From the NCBI GenBank assembly GCA_951406725.2, contig OX597818.1, positions 126,108,001 through 126,172,000 on the forward strand: a stretch of 64,000 nt of DNA, in the 5' to 3' direction. The stretch comes from Octopus vulgaris. Taxonomy: Eukaryota. The position numbers were made by a program, and so were the translations under genes. Positions 13,781 through 28,172 of this stretch are shown here, piece by piece. Within the stretch, counting starts at the first letter, position 1. The number at the start of each line of letters is the position of its first letter. The notes below the pieces were generated by a model. It was not told the origin of the DNA. It was given only the letters and a program-made list of their open reading frames with translations, and ran no database searches.

Positions 13781-14343
13781 GTCTATGACCTTACACTGCT
13801 TGTTATGTTTTTTCTCTCCTGGTTGATCAAATAATTAACTAACCAGTTGCTGGATTAATCCTTCGGCCGACCAACCAACCAACCAACCAACCAACCAACC
13901 AACCAACCAATTAATCAATCAATCAATCAATCATCTGGCTTGTCAAAGTAGTTTCGTTGCCATTCTTTACCTCGTCTGTGGTGTGCCTTCATAATCTCTA
14001 TCAGGGGAGGGGGGCGTGGCTAGGAGTGGGAGCGAATTGGGCTGTCGCCCCGGCGACACTTTTATCTGGTGGCAGTTTTAGGTCTGTTGGCTTTTATAGG
14101 ATTCAGGAGTGGGGATGGCAACTGAAAAATTTGTCCCAAGTTACACCACTACCTTTATCTTCGTATAAATTCTTCTTTATCTTTTCGTCGCCATTGGGGA
14201 GGACAAATTTAAAAAGTTTAAATCAGTGATTCTTGATCATCTTTTCACTAAGGATCTCTTTGCTTCCCATTTTACTCGACTGGACTTCCGTAGCCATTTG
14301 ATGTGTATTAAAAAAAATCCTGCTATATCTTTATAATTAAATA

Positions 14344-14740
14344 CCTGCAGTATCACCCGGCCTTGCTCGGGTTTGTTTCGACCCTTTAGAATTGGAATTT
14401 TTGAAAAGTAAAAATTTTGTATTATGTAGCTTGTTATTCTCTTTAATTGAACATTTTTCTGGTTGAAATACACCGAAAAATGGTGACACAGCAGTCAAAA
14501 AATCGTAAAAAATAGGGATTTTCATAGAAAAAAAGCACCTTTTTGATGTAAATAATTTTTGGTGTTAACATGGTCCGATTTGAATTTTTTCTTCTACGGA
14601 AGAAAGATCTAGCCTTCTTCTATCATACTCTCAATTTTGGTCAACTTGCGCCGCAGGGTCTCAGAGGAGATAGTGTTAGTTGAAGGCTACCAAACCTGCC
14701 ATACACAGACAACTTCAGCTTTATATATATATAGAGAGAG
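14344..14740 (-). mobile_element. non-autonomous Helitron-like element
   Basis: Minus 5' end tc..tatatatataaagctgaagttgtctg. 3' hairpin cccgagcaaggccggg lies ~10 nt before a degenerate CTAG end. Confidence 0.65.
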
Positions 14741-15522
14741 ATATTAAGAATTGTATAAAAACGTAAAATATTTTGTGCATCGTAGAAGTAAAAACAATTT
14801 ATTGCGCATAAATTTTAACAACAAAATCTTACATAGACCTCCAAGGATCATATGGAACCCTGAAGGGCCATATGGACCCCGGTTGTGAATTACTGGATTA
14901 AACCACATAATTTTCTTAAGCACACAAAATTGTCCACCCTTGTTCCAATCTTCACGCCCTTCTGCTGACGAAGTAACAGTTTTCTACCCTTATTACACTT
15001 GTTATCATTCAGCTCCACACCACTGCATTTCAACCATGATCACCACCACTTTTCTTTCCATCTCAGGTTCAATTTTGCAAACTGTGTTCTTCCCCACCAT
15101 TTCCACCACCATTTCCACCACCACCACCACCACCACCACTACCACCACCACCACCACCACTACCGCCACTACCACCACCACCACCACCACCACCATCACC
15201 ACCACTAACACCACCACCACCACCACCACCACCACCACGATGAGCGTTAGTGAACTACAAACTCACCACAATACAATATGACGCAATATTCTTCTACACA
15301 GCTTTACACATTCTTGCTTTCTTTGCACTTGCAAAGCAGATCGTTGATATAACTTCGCCTTTACTACTGACAATCATGTTGCTTAACCACGCCCATATGA
15401 CACCTGCCCGAAGAACTAATTGCAAACTGTCGTTTTCTCACTCTCAGACACAATCTTCACCCATATTCTTATTTAACCACATTTCTAGATCTGTCTGTCT
15501 GTCTTTCTCTCTCTCTGTTTCT

Positions 15523-15562
<40 letters not shown>

Positions 15563-15571
15563 CTCTCTCTC

Positions 15572-15616
<45 letters not shown>

Positions 15617-15622
<6 letters not shown>

Positions 15623-16003
15623 ATAAGAAGAAAGGGTAACATTGATTAATTAAGAAGTAATCAATAATTTCACCAAGTAGAATTCGGCATGAAAAAGGAC
15701 CATTTCACGGTAAACTTAAGTAATACTTTATAATTAGGGTTCAGCAAAGATTTGCTTTACCACATACCGAAGTTTAGAAATAGCAGCCAAAAAACCTTAG
15801 CTATTTCTTCTACTTTAAAAGGGACTCCCACCAAAATAAAAGTTCTTGAAGTACTCTCTGCCTGTGTAGATTGTTTTCAAGTACTTTGATTTTTCTGGTA
15901 GTCCCTTTTAAAGTAGAAGAAATAGCTAAGGTTTTTTGGCTGCTATTTCTAAACTTCGGTATGTAGTAAAGCAAATCTTTGCTGAACCCTAATTATAAAG
16001 TAT
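15617..16003 (-). repeat. fold-back element in (TA)n, ~105-bp inverted arms
   Basis: Arms 15723-15830/15896-16003 with about 2 mismatches, plus a single-copy tail 15617-15722. Confidence 0.85.
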
Positions 16004-16839
16004 ATATATATATACATATACATACACACACACACACATATATATATGTATATATAGAGATCAAACGCACGCAGACACGCACGCACGCACTCACGCACGC
16101 ACGCAAACACACACGCACACACACGCACACTTCAAAGGCTTTAATCGATCATATGTTGCCCCTGTATTTAATTCCAGTCCATTACTCGATTTCAATATCG
16201 GTCGGTATAAACATAAACGGAGATACCCAACACAATAATTCATTATCATACACACATACGGGTATACATTATATATATACATATATATATATATATACAT
16301 ATAATAACAATTTAATAAATAAAATATATGCATGCATACATACATATATGTACGTACCTACATCTATATGTATATATACATGCATATATATATATATATA
16401 TATATATGAGTAGAGGACACCACAAATAAACGTAGAACACAACGAGAAACGAAAACATAAAAACAAATTAGGAAACGGACTTTTTTTAACAACGAAAAAA
16501 CAAGTACAAGACAAACAATACAAGGAATATTCCCCTTCATCAGCTGTCTCTGGTTCGACTCAATGCATGTTTCTCAACGGGGATTTCAGGGGAGAGTTTC
16601 AGGGAGTCGCTGACGATGTATCGTGTTGATCAAAAATCCGGCCTGCTAAAATCTAATGCTCGTAGCTTAGTTTTTCCTTGGAGCTGGCCGGATCGGAGCG
16701 ATCTCAAGATTAATCAGCAAGAAATTGCGGTTCTTGACTGAAGATTAGAGGCGTCGAATGACCCATCCGTTTTTTTTTTGTGTCGTCTATTTGAATGCTT
16801 TGCGTTCTTGTCCCATTTTGTATTTTTATATATATTTTT

Positions 16840-16890
<51 letters not shown>

Positions 16891-17263
16891 GTATATATAT
16901 ATAATGTATGTATGCATGTATATATATATATATATATATGCATGTATGTATGTGTGTGTATATATATATATATATATCACTTCGGATTATCGATTCGCAT
17001 GACTAATTATGATTGTGATTTGAGTTCCTTATGATTCAGCAACAGGTAGCTGGCAGAGGATGGTACTAACGGTGAAAGTCAATGGTAATGATTGAGGGTA
17101 GTTGCAGTAGCAATAGTCTGAATGGTAATAGTCGTATAATAATAGTATAAAAGAAAGGGACGAGCGTTCTGTTGATGTTATTGTTGTATAACACAGAGAG
17201 GCGGTGCCCGTTCCATTTGCAGGTTTGTCCATCCGAAACTGGTGAATTTGATGCGGTGAATAG

Positions 17264-17340
17264 TCATAGAGGTTTGGGCACTTCTCCGTAAAACTTGTCG
17301 CCCGACATGTAATGGACCAGGAACTGACTCATCCAACTAC
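17264..17340 (-). CDS. candidate terminal coding exon of an unidentified host gene
   Basis: Acceptor tatttacAG then (G)SWMSQFLVHYMSGDKFYGEVPKPL*. Non-repetitive and coding-like; no family recognised. Confidence 0.3.
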
Positions 17341-17537
17341 CTGTAAATACCTTTAACGGATGACGTTATCGTTATAGAATTGTGAATGGTAGCCACCACC
17401 TCCAACTATACTTGTGTGTATGTGCGAGTGAGAGAGAGAGTGTGTGTGTGTATGTGTGTGCAAACATGCAAACACGCGCATACAAATACAAGTATGTACA
17501 TTCACACACATACATATACATATACATATATAATATT

Positions 17538-17916
17538 CTTTTCTTGTATCAGTCATTAGACTGCGGCCATGCTGGGGCACCACCTTGAATTTTTAGTCGA
17601 ATTGAATCGACTTCAGCACTTATTTTTTAAAGCCTGGTACTTATTCTGTCGGTCTCTTTTGCCGAACAGCTAAGCCACGGGGACGTAAACACACCAACAC
17701 CGATGATCAAGTGGTAAGTTGGGAACAAGCACAGACATACATAGATATACATACATATATATACGATGGGTCTCTTTCAGTTTCCATCTACCAAATCCAC
17801 TCACAAGGTTTTGGTCGGCAAGAAGCTATAGTAGAAAATACTTGCCCAAGATGTCACGCAGTGTGACTGAACCCAGAACCATGTGGTTGGGAAGCAAGCT
17901 TCTTACCACACAGCCA
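17538..17916 (-). mobile_element. SINE family A, diverged
   Basis: Both halves match consensus. Confidence 0.8.
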
Positions 17917-17948
17917 CTATATACATATATATATATATACATATATTT

Positions 17949-18047
<99 letters not shown>

Positions 18048-18165
18048 CAGACACACGCACGCACGCGTATTTATACTTATGCATATATAACGTGTATGTA
18101 AGCATACACAAATAAACACATACTTACGGAAAGTCATATATTTGTGTGTATGTGTGTGTGTGTGC

Positions 18166-18196
<31 letters not shown>

Positions 18197-18656
18197 CATG
18201 TGTGTGTTTGTGTGTGTGTGTGTTCGTCCAAGTTGTTAGTTGTCAGAATCGTTAAAAGAAAATGCTAAATGCTATTCAGTTACAATTTCTAACATATTTT
18301 GTTTAGATTCTGCTGCGGTCATCTTTCTCGTTCATATTTGCTCGTGATATACAATTTCAATTTATATTCCAGGTATAGAATGCTTTAGAAGGCGATTTTG
18401 AAATTCGCCTAGCAAATATATGGCGTTACCTGGTCCAAGGGAAATAACTCCACCGAAACCGAATCGCTACCTCTGGCGAATAATGCTTAGCGCTACATAT
18501 GTGATGGTCAGCCTTCGTAAGCAGCAAAACTATTCCGGTTGCGTGACAGGCAACATTATTCAATGTGCACTTTGTATGTAAGGAGGATGAATGAGAGAGA
18601 CTGGGTAGAAATTAGCTGTGAGGTCGACGATTTGCTTATATTGTGTCATATTATAC

Positions 18657-19082
18657 GGCGCAGGCGTGGCTGTGTAGCAAGAAGCTTGCTTCCTAACCAC
18701 ATGGTTCCAAGTTCGGTCCCACTGCGTGTCAATTTGTACGAGCGTCTTACACGATACCCTCAGGCAGACTAAAGCCTTGTAAGTGCATCTGGTAGACGGA
18801 AAGTGAAAGAAACCCGTCGTATATATATATATATATATATATATATACTTATATGAGTATCTGTGTGTCTATGATAGTCCCTCACCCACCATCATCTCAC
18901 AACCGATGCTGGTGTGTTTACGCTCCCGTACATTAGCGGTTTGGCAAAAGAGACCGATACAATAAGTAATAGGCTTTAAAAGAATATGTCCAGGGCTCAG
19001 TTCCTTCGACTAATAAACCCTTTAAGACGGTGCTCTAGCATGGCCACAGTCATTTGACTGAAACAAGTGAAAGAAAAAGAGA
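18657..19082 (+). mobile_element. SINE family A, diverged
   Basis: Both halves match consensus. Confidence 0.8.
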
Positions 19083-19114
19083 ATTACTGTATAGCCATTG
19101 TAAAAATTTGCTGA

Positions 19115-19171
<57 letters not shown>

Positions 19172-19175
<4 letters not shown>

Positions 19176-19459
19176 CGATATTTGCCATTTGAATATGGCT
19201 AACCCCTAAGGGTGGATGCTACTGTAGTTTGTAGCCCCAGGAAGATATCTCCTCCAGCTGGCTATAGACACACTATCTGTGTCCTCTCAGTATCTAGAGG
19301 ACACAAATAGTGTGTCTATAGCCAGCTGGAGGAGATATCTTCCTGGGGCTACAAACTACAGTAGCATCCACCCTTAGGGGTTAGCCATATTCAAATGGCA
19401 AATATGCGTCACGATGTGTTACTGCTACTGTTTATAACTCGCTCTGAGATTTATCATTG

Positions 19460-19461
<2 letters not shown>
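19172..19461 (+). repeat. near-perfect 116-bp fold-back element in (TA)n
   Basis: Arms 19172-19287/19296-19412 with 1 mismatch and 1 indel, an 8-nt loop and a tail to 19461. Homologous to 49441-49555. Confidence 0.92.
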
Positions 19462-19500
<39 letters not shown>

Positions 19501-19504
19501 ATAC

Positions 19505-19779
19505 ACTTTTATTTGTTTCAGTTATTTGACTGCGGCTGTGCTGGAGCATCGCCTTTAGTCGAACAAATCGACCCCAGGACTTATTCTTTTGTAAGCCCAG
19601 TACTTATTCTTTCGGTCTCTTTTGCCGAACTGCTAAGTTACAGGGACATAAACACACCAATATCGGTTGTCAAGCGCTAGTGTGTGTGTGTGCGTGTGTG
19701 AGTGGTGAGGAAACAAACACAGACACACAAACCCGAAACCATGTGTTTGGTAAGCAAGATACTTACACACAGCCACGCC
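19505..19779 (-). mobile_element. SINE family A, internally deleted
   Basis: 3' half plus part of the head. Confidence 0.75.
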
Positions 19780-20053
19780 ATATATTTCGGCTGTTTTCGT
19801 TACGCTTGCGCTTTCCATACGAATACCAACAACTTGACCTCTTTGAAAGTCCGATAGATCTGTCATTTTAATGAATTTTAATTAGTTTTTACTTATGATA
19901 TCTGGAAAGAAACAGCGATTTTAGCAAAACCCATTAAGCAACAGTAATAATAAATCCAAAAAACATAAAAATAAAGAAGCTTTTGACGGTTTTATAGATA
20001 TTTCAAAATTATGATGTTATGATGATAGGTGTTTCCATAATTTTGTCTAACCC

Positions 20054-20056
<3 letters not shown>
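19780..20056 (-). mobile_element. Tc1-like transposon 5' end (TIR plus transposase start)
   Basis: ta-caggggttagacaaaattatggaaacacc TIR and MTDLSDFQRGQVVGIRMESASVTKTAEIYGV (Tc1 paired-like HTH). Confidence 0.85.
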
Positions 20057-20130
<74 letters not shown>

Positions 20131-20218
20131 AGAGAGTGAGTGTGTGTGCATGTGTGTGAGTGTGTGTGTTTGTGTGTGTGTGCGTATATATGTGTCTGTG
20201 TACAGGCAAACACACACA

Positions 20219-20267
<49 letters not shown>

Positions 20268-20593
20268 AGGAGTGCACGCGCGTCGAAAACGAGCAAAAAC
20301 AGAGTGGATCTGATTCTACTGTTGGACATTACCATGCGAGCTGATCGAAGCAGTTCTGGAAAAATACCATTCTGTCCAGAAACTAAAAAAAAACCCCCAT
20401 ATTCTGGGCTTTTACAACAAGTCCAGCAGGTATGTGTCCGACACGAATTTATAGTGGGGATAACCCCACGAGTTCCTTGTGAATCTCATTACGTTGGCAA
20501 TGAATATAGCGCTGAAGCCAAGGAGACAGGAATATGGCAACCACCCTATAAGACTTCATAGACAATGACAACAACGACAGTTCTAGGGTCAAA

Positions 20594-20806
20594 GGTGGCT
20601 AGCTGGTGGAAAAGGTCGCGCGCCGGGCGTAGTTCTTTACGCATTTCGTCTGTCTTTATGTTTTGAGGTCGACTTTGCCTTTTATCCTTTCGGGGTCGAT
20701 TAAATAAGTACCAGTTACGCACTGGGGTCGATATAATCGACTTAATCTGTTTGTCTGTCCTTGTTCGTCTCCTCTGTGTTTAGCCCCCTGTGGGTAGTAA
20801 AGAAAT
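20594..20806 (+). mobile_element. SINE family B
   Basis: Consensus core and tail. tgttctagggtcaaa-like duplication flanks it (20579-20593/20808-20822). Confidence 0.8.
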
Positions 20807-21589
20807 ATGTTCTAGGGTCAAATAGATTCTCTGGCTGTCAGATTAACTTGTAGCTCCCGGTGTGAATGTGTTAAAACCGGCAAAATCGTGTGATCTCTTT
20901 TTCTTTTTATTTTCCCCAACTTACTTCTTTTATTTCTGGTTTTAAACTGTGGGAAACGTTATCAACAAGTTTCACTTAAGTTTGGAAGGTCTCAGATCTC
21001 ATCTGGTGAAACACACACACACGCACACACACGCACGCACGCACAATATAAACAAACGAACACAAACTGTTTTCTAAAGAACACAAACTCCACTAAGGTG
21101 ACCATAGTTGACGTCGCGAGTGGTTAGCAGCTTTGAACAAGCCTAAGCCCCCAAGGAGATTGAAAGTGTGAGTCTATTAGCGTGAAGGTCCTTCTCAAAA
21201 TCTTCTGGTCGCTGCTAATCTATGAATTTCTTATGAAAGTAGTGTAGGTTTTTGAGGGCAAGATGAGCAATCATCGGTGGTCGCTGTATTCGCCTCATAG
21301 CCACGAGTATTGTTTATGTTGATGAAGTATAAGTCACAAAAATCCGTGTTGTTCTGTCAGTGTGGAATACACTGTTACACGCTCACGAGAACAATTGCAG
21401 CCCTAAAGTTCAAAGTACGTCCACGTCTTTAGTACAGGAATCATTTTTAGAGCAGTAGGGAAGTAGAAGGAAGCCGAAGTTAGGCAACTGGCAATGGCAT
21501 GGCTGAAATATAAGTCACTTCTTTCCACCTACATTCCTCAGTAGATTCATGAATAACAGGACGAGAGGCATATCTGTGCGTGCACGTAC

Positions 21590-22136
21590 ACATACATACA
21601 TACATACATACATACATGCATGCATGCATGCATACATGCATGCTTACATACATGCATACATACATACATACATACATACTTACGTACATGCATGCATACA
21701 TACATACATACATACATAGATACATGCATGCATGCATGCATGCATACATGCATACATACATACATACATACATACATACATACATACATACATACATACA
21801 TACATGCATGCATATATACATACATACATACACACATACACATACATACATATATATGCACGCACGTAAATACATACATACATGCATGCATACAAAAATG
21901 CATACATATACACACATACATAATGCATAGATACGTATACACTTACATAGTACGTATATACGTACATAGATACATACATACATAAATACATACATACATA
22001 CATACATACATACATACACACACACATACATACATACATACATACATGCATACATACATACATACATACATACATGCATGCATACATACATACATACATA
22101 CATACATACATACATACATACATACATACATACATA
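21590..22136. repeat. (TACA/TGCA)n microsatellite
   Basis: Direct reading. Confidence 0.95.
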
Positions 22137-22889
22137 GATGATGGATGTCCACTCGTGACGGAGGAAGACCATCACTGACCATTGCGCTTGAGAAGCATCA
22201 GCAATATTATTGCATCCACGATTGGCTTCTCTCGGGCTCGCACTCGCGGTGCCCTACTTCACGACCAGGCATCGGAAAGTCGCCACGCCGGTGATCGTGC
22301 AGCCTACAATCTTAGATGCAACAAGGCTTGCTCAATACATCCCAGATTCTCTCCACCTTATCGTCATGTTCCAGTGATAAGACAGGGCAACATATTCAGT
22401 GCCATTATGGGTCGCAGGCCAGGATTGTGGGAACACCATTCTCTGCATAACGGGTCTTGTATCAGAGTAACCTTTTCCTAGAGGAATGCTTTAACAAAAG
22501 CTGAGGGGTATGTCACTTCCAGTGGGCTTCCAATGAGCTGGACACCAGCCCAGAATTTCTGAATGTCCGTGTTTTTGCTAGATAGGTCGTTGAATCTACA
22601 CAAGGTTCATCCGTCCTTGTGATAGGTCTTGTTTTTAGTCCTGCTGGGTTTTGGGTTTCTAACAACCCTCCTCACCAGGCCAGCTTAGTGGGAGTGCCGG
22701 TTTAATTGCCGCCCCCCCCCCCTATTCGATAGATTATACTGGATTCCACATTATCAAAGCGCACAAGAGAAACCGCACAAACGATATGAGCATACAGATG
22801 CATTCATGCAAACACACATATGAATATCTGTATCGATTTATGTACACCCATCCACCCATCCATCCATCCATCCATCCATCCATCCATCC

Positions 22890-22926
<37 letters not shown>

Positions 22927-22963
22927 CCTACCTACCTACATACCTACCTACCTACCTACCTAC

Positions 22964-23036
<73 letters not shown>

Positions 23037-23734
23037 AATCTATCTTATATACATGTACACACACGCACGCGTACAATCATACAGATACACAGACACACAC
23101 ACTCACACACACACACACAAACACATACACACGCACATACACACACACATACACACACACACACTCACACACACACACTCACACACACTCACACACACAC
23201 ACACACAAACACACACAAACAGGCACGCACACATGCGCATAATTTAGCAAACAAATCTTCATAAAAGCCGACGGCGTATAAATGGTGTGATATCGTGTCC
23301 TCTTTCGATTTTTGTCGTCTTTAATGTTTGGTTAAGCGTAAACACACACACACACGTTATAGATACAAAATAAAGCCAGAGAGAGATAGAAAGACAAGAA
23401 AAAGAAATACAGAAATAGAGAGGGAGAGAGAGGGGGAGAATAGAGAGAGAGAGAGAAAGGAGGAAATAGAGAGAGAGAGGATGTGATTGAGTGAGAGAAA
23501 AGTGATAGAAGAATATAGTGCACAAATAAGACATATAAATAGAAGAAGGCTTGAGGGAAAGAAAAAGTTATTCATTTATAAGAAAAGTGCAAATGTTTAA
23601 ATACAGAACTGTTGTCGCTGCTTAGATCTTTTAATAAGCGAAACAAAATTTATTGCATTGTTTTACAATTAACTACATCACAACGGATTTGAGACCGAAA
23701 TGTTGTAGTCGCAATATTCAGTGAGATGTATTTC

Positions 23735-24460
23735 GCATGCCGGGCAAAATGCTTAGCGGCATTTCGTCTGTCTTTACGTTCTGAGTTCAAATTCTGCCAG
23801 AGTCATCCTTTCGAGGTCGGTAAAATAAGTACCAGTTCAACACTGAGGTCGATTTTATTTAATCTACTTGCACTGTCTCCGGAAATTGCTGGCCTTGTGC
23901 GAAAATTTGAAATCAATGTCGTTAGCACGCCGGCCAAAATGTTTAGTGACATTTCGTTCGTCTTTACGTTCTGAGTTCAAATTCCAGCGAAGTCGACTTT
24001 GCCTTTCACCTTTTCGAGATCGATAAAATAAGTACCAACTGAACACTGGGGTCGATTTAATCGACTTGCATGGTCTCCCGATTTTGCTGGCCTAGTGCCA
24101 AAACATGAAAACAATTTATAGTGAGATGTTCTTAGGAAGCCGGTCAAAATGCTTAGTGACATTTCATCCGTCTCTACATCATGAGTTCAAATTTCGCTGT
24201 GGTCGACTTTTTTCATCCTCCTAGGGGTCAATAAAGTTTGAAACCAATATATAGTGAGATGTTGTTGGCATGCCGGTCAAAAGTTTAATGACATTTCGTC
24301 CGTCTTTACGTTCTGATTTCAAATTCCGCCAGTGTCGACTTTGCCTTTCATCATTTTAGGTCGATAAAATAAGTACCAGTTGAACACTGGGGTCGATTTA
24401 ATAGACTTGCACCGTCCCTCGAAATTGCTGGCCTTGTACCAAAATTTGAAACCATTATGT
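23735..24460 (+). mobile_element. tandem array of four diverged SINE family B units
   Basis: Repeated gccgg.caaaatg.ttag..gacatttcgtc...ttcaaatt units; several are preceded by agtgagatg. Confidence 0.75.
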
Positions 24461-24489
24461 AATGAGATGATGTTTAAATCGTTTAGTGT

Positions 24490-24973
24490 CAACAGTTTGT
24501 ATGTTCCTTCTCTAGCCATGCCTGGCTCATAAGGGCCGGTTTCCCTACCTGAACGGGACGCCGGTCCGTCGCAGGTGAGCTGCAAGATGCAGGAGGAAAG
24601 AGTCAGAGAAGGTTGTGGCGAAAGAGTCAGCAGAAGTTCGCCATTACCTTCTGCCGGAGCCGCGTGGGGCTTAGGTGTTTCGCTCATAAACACACACATC
24701 ACCCGGTCTGAGATTCGAACCCGCGATCCCTCGACCGCGAGTCCGCTGCTCTAACCACTAGGCCATGTGCCTCCACGCACAAATACATACACACACATCG
24801 CCCGGTCTGAGATTCGAACCCGCGATCCCTCGACCGCGAGTCCGCTGCTCTAACCACTAGGCCATGTGTCTCCACGCACAAATACATACACACACATCGC
24901 CCGGTCTGAGATTCGAACCCGCGATCCCTCGACCGCGAGTCTGCTGCTCTAACTACTTGGCCATGTGCCTCCA
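24490..24973 (-). mobile_element. SINE family C with triplicated tRNA-like head
   Basis: Head ggaggcacatggcctagtggttagagcagcggactcgcggtcgagggatcgcgggttcgaatc repeated three times at a 99-bp period. Confidence 0.85.
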
Positions 24974-25458
24974 CAGTGTCTACAGTAGGGATCTCCAATA
25001 ACCGGGCCGCGCACTAGTATCGGCTGTGGATCATTTGGTACCGGGCCGTACAAAAAATATAAGTTTCAAAATTTCATTTATATTTTATTGACTATCGCAG
25101 TCTGCAGAGTGATTTTGCGTTATATATGTATTATGTATATATGTATATATGTATATATGTATTATATATATGTATTATCAAGGTAGCGAGCTGGCAGGAT
25201 CGTTAGCATTCCGAACAAAATGCTAAGTGGTATTTCGTCCGTCTTTATGTTCTGCTTTGAGTCGCTATGTTAATTGTCGATGCACACACGGAAGTATGTG
25301 CATTTATTCACATAGAAATTTCAGATGGAGAATTTTTAAAATGTCTTACAAATCTTTGCTGTGCCACTAATAGATTAGATTTGGAGAATCCGTGTCAGTT
25401 TCTTTTGCTCTCTCTTCGTGAAATCGAGAATTTCTAGGTTTTAGTGCCAACGTTTTGG

Positions 25459-25492
<34 letters not shown>

Positions 25493-26974
25493 TGTATGTA
25501 TGTATGTATGTATGTATGTATGTTTGTATGTATGTATGCATTCATGCATGCATGTGTGTATGTGTGTATGTATGTTTGTATGTATGTAAGTTTGTGCGTG
25601 TTTATGTATTTATGTATTTTTGTGTATGTATGTACATCTATGTATGCTAGTGAATGAATGTATGTTCATGTACATAAATATATTTGTATGTATCTCCGTG
25701 TCTGTGTGTATACATATGTATATGTATATACACACAGACACACATATATATGTACGCAGACACATACATACATACATAGAAACACACACACACACACACA
25801 CATACTAGCAATGCACTCCGGCATTACCCAGGTGTTATTACCTGCAGTCACATTGTATTATTTGTTCCTTTCTTATGGGCAGAATCAGCACACGAGGTGT
25901 ATGAAACAAACAACTTTTCTTTATAAACATGTTTTTTGGTAATTTTCCGATGAAAAACGCTGCAGTTTCCGTCTGCTACATGCAGTAGCAAGTCTGTGCT
26001 TGGCCTAGAGCTATAGTACAAAGCACTCGGCCAAGATGTTATGCAGAGGGACTGAACGTGGAACCATGTGGTTGGGAAGCAAATTTCTCAATCACACAGT
26101 CATTCTTGCACCTAATATGTATGTGCGTTTGTGTCTGTTTACATTTGTTGTTAAATCGAGTATTATTCCTCACTATATCAAGTAGCAGTTCATCAAGCAG
26201 AGATCTATAGAATAAATGCCAGATTGAAATATGTACTGAGGTCAGTATAATCAATTAAATTTTTGAAGGTGATACCCCATAATGGTGACAGTTGAAAGAC
26301 TAAACCCAGTAAAATAACGTTTAAAGATTAAATGGCTTCAAATTTAAGGTAGTAGATTACTAACCACAAGATAAGGAGTTCAAAACTCCTCATTGAACTT
26401 CTACTCTATACGATAATACTGTGTATACATCTCAGTGTACTTGACTTCCAACAATTAACAATTGTAATTTGAAGTTGAATGGTTGGCAGTAAGAAAGATG
26501 TCCTGGTTTCTTAAAAAATTATTGTGCAAAATATTCTGAGAAAAAAGTTTTTTTCACCACAACAAAACACACACACACGTACACGCAAGCGCATGCACAC
26601 ACACACACGCACACACAAACACATACACACAGAAGTGTTCTGAGCCCCTACAAATAGCAGCAAAATCTCTCTTAAAACACACCCTTTCATCAAAAGAAAG
26701 ACACAATTTTGACGGTATTTCAGGATGAAGAAAAACAAACAAACAAAAACTATGCGATGGATCTGCAACATCAGAGGCAACTCTGAACTAAACAGAATAA
26801 ACATACTTCACATTAAATGATTACCTACTAAACAATACTAATAAAGTTGACGGTATATCTTCGTAGTTTCATTCCTTGGTAAAACTCGATGTATTTTAAG
26901 CATTTTCTCATTACGTTCTATCTTAGATATATTGTTCAGGCACAGTTGCCTCCCTTAGCTAAAGACTTCAAAAT

Positions 26975-27165
26975 TGTGCGACCCGACTTCGTTTACGGGG
27001 TTATTATTGTAGTAAAAAAGAGTTGAGCAAAGAAACATACGTCATTTGGTAGCTGAACAATTACTGAATCTTTTGATACCTCATCCGTCAAAATCGGCAA
27101 CTCAGTTTTCGAATCCATAAGGAACATACGCGCACACATACACACAAACTCAGTTTTATATATTA
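26975..27165 (-). mobile_element. possible short Helitron-like element
   Basis: gcgacccgacttcgtttacggg hairpin at one end and cagttttatatat at the other. Confidence 0.35.
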
Positions 27166-27852
27166 AAATTATATTGTATTGATATGGTTAAGATATTTAA
27201 GAAGTCTTACGCATGTAAATTTATAATCAAAAGCAAAAAGAAAATACTGGCGTAATCTAAAATCATGACGCGATCGACAGATTCCTAGTCACAAAATGCC
27301 TCCCCACCACGCTGGATGCCATACTCCAAAATACGCAATGTTGTGATGTATCGTATAGGATATTGTGTGACAGTATTCACACTATACCCTATGATGTAAT
27401 TAAGAGCAAATTTTCTTGGTTAAATTGTCAAAACAGAGAATCGAGAAAATGTGATAGTGTCAAACTAGAATAACCCCTAATTCTTGAAGCAAATACAAAT
27501 TCAGTTATATCTCAAGTCATTTCATGGTTCATTTAATCGTCTTCACTTCAGTAATATGTATTTCATGTCATGCGTATCGTGGTTGAACTATATTTTATTC
27601 GATGTTCAGAACTATGCGATATACAGGTGCTTAGCGCGGAAATGACTGCAAAATATCGTTATCTGTCGCACTCTTTTACGTTCGAGGCGATTTCGTTTCA
27701 CTTACCTATGAGTGATGTTGTATTTTCAAACACAATACGTCTTTAAAGAGTTTTCCCCTATATGATCTACCGCAGCTTCACAACGTTTATTAACACTCAT
27801 GCATTAAGTATGTTATACTAGTAATGCTTACACACACACACACACACATGAA

Positions 27853-28172
27853 GGCGCATGGCTCAGCAGGCTTACACTCCTGAGGTTGTGAGTTCGATTT
27901 CCAGTCCAGGCTATGTGCTGTGCTCTCTTGAGCACATGTATGCGTATGTATATGTTTGTGTGTCTGTGTTTGCCCCCCCCCCCCAACATCGCTTGACAAC
28001 TGATGCTGGTGTGTTTACGTCACCGTCACCAAGCGGTTCGGCAAAAGAGACCGATAGAATAAGTACTAGGCTTACAAAGAATAAGTCCTGCGGTCTATTT
28101 GCTCGACTAAAGGCGGTGCTCCAGCATGGCCACAGTCAAATTACTGAAACAATTAAAAGAGTAGAAAAGAGT
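27853..28172 (+). mobile_element. chimera of a family D-like tRNA head and a family A 3' half
   Basis: ggcgcatggctcag...gagttcgattt joined via a microsatellite to the family A body. Confidence 0.65.

Noticed and set aside
16600-16770. CTGACGA and CTGAAGA heptamers on the + strand
   Set aside because: No matching stem II-GAAA-GUH arrangement.
24699-24998. CRISPR-like or tRNA gene array
   Set aside because: Units are near-identical SINE heads with no unique spacers, in a eukaryotic context.
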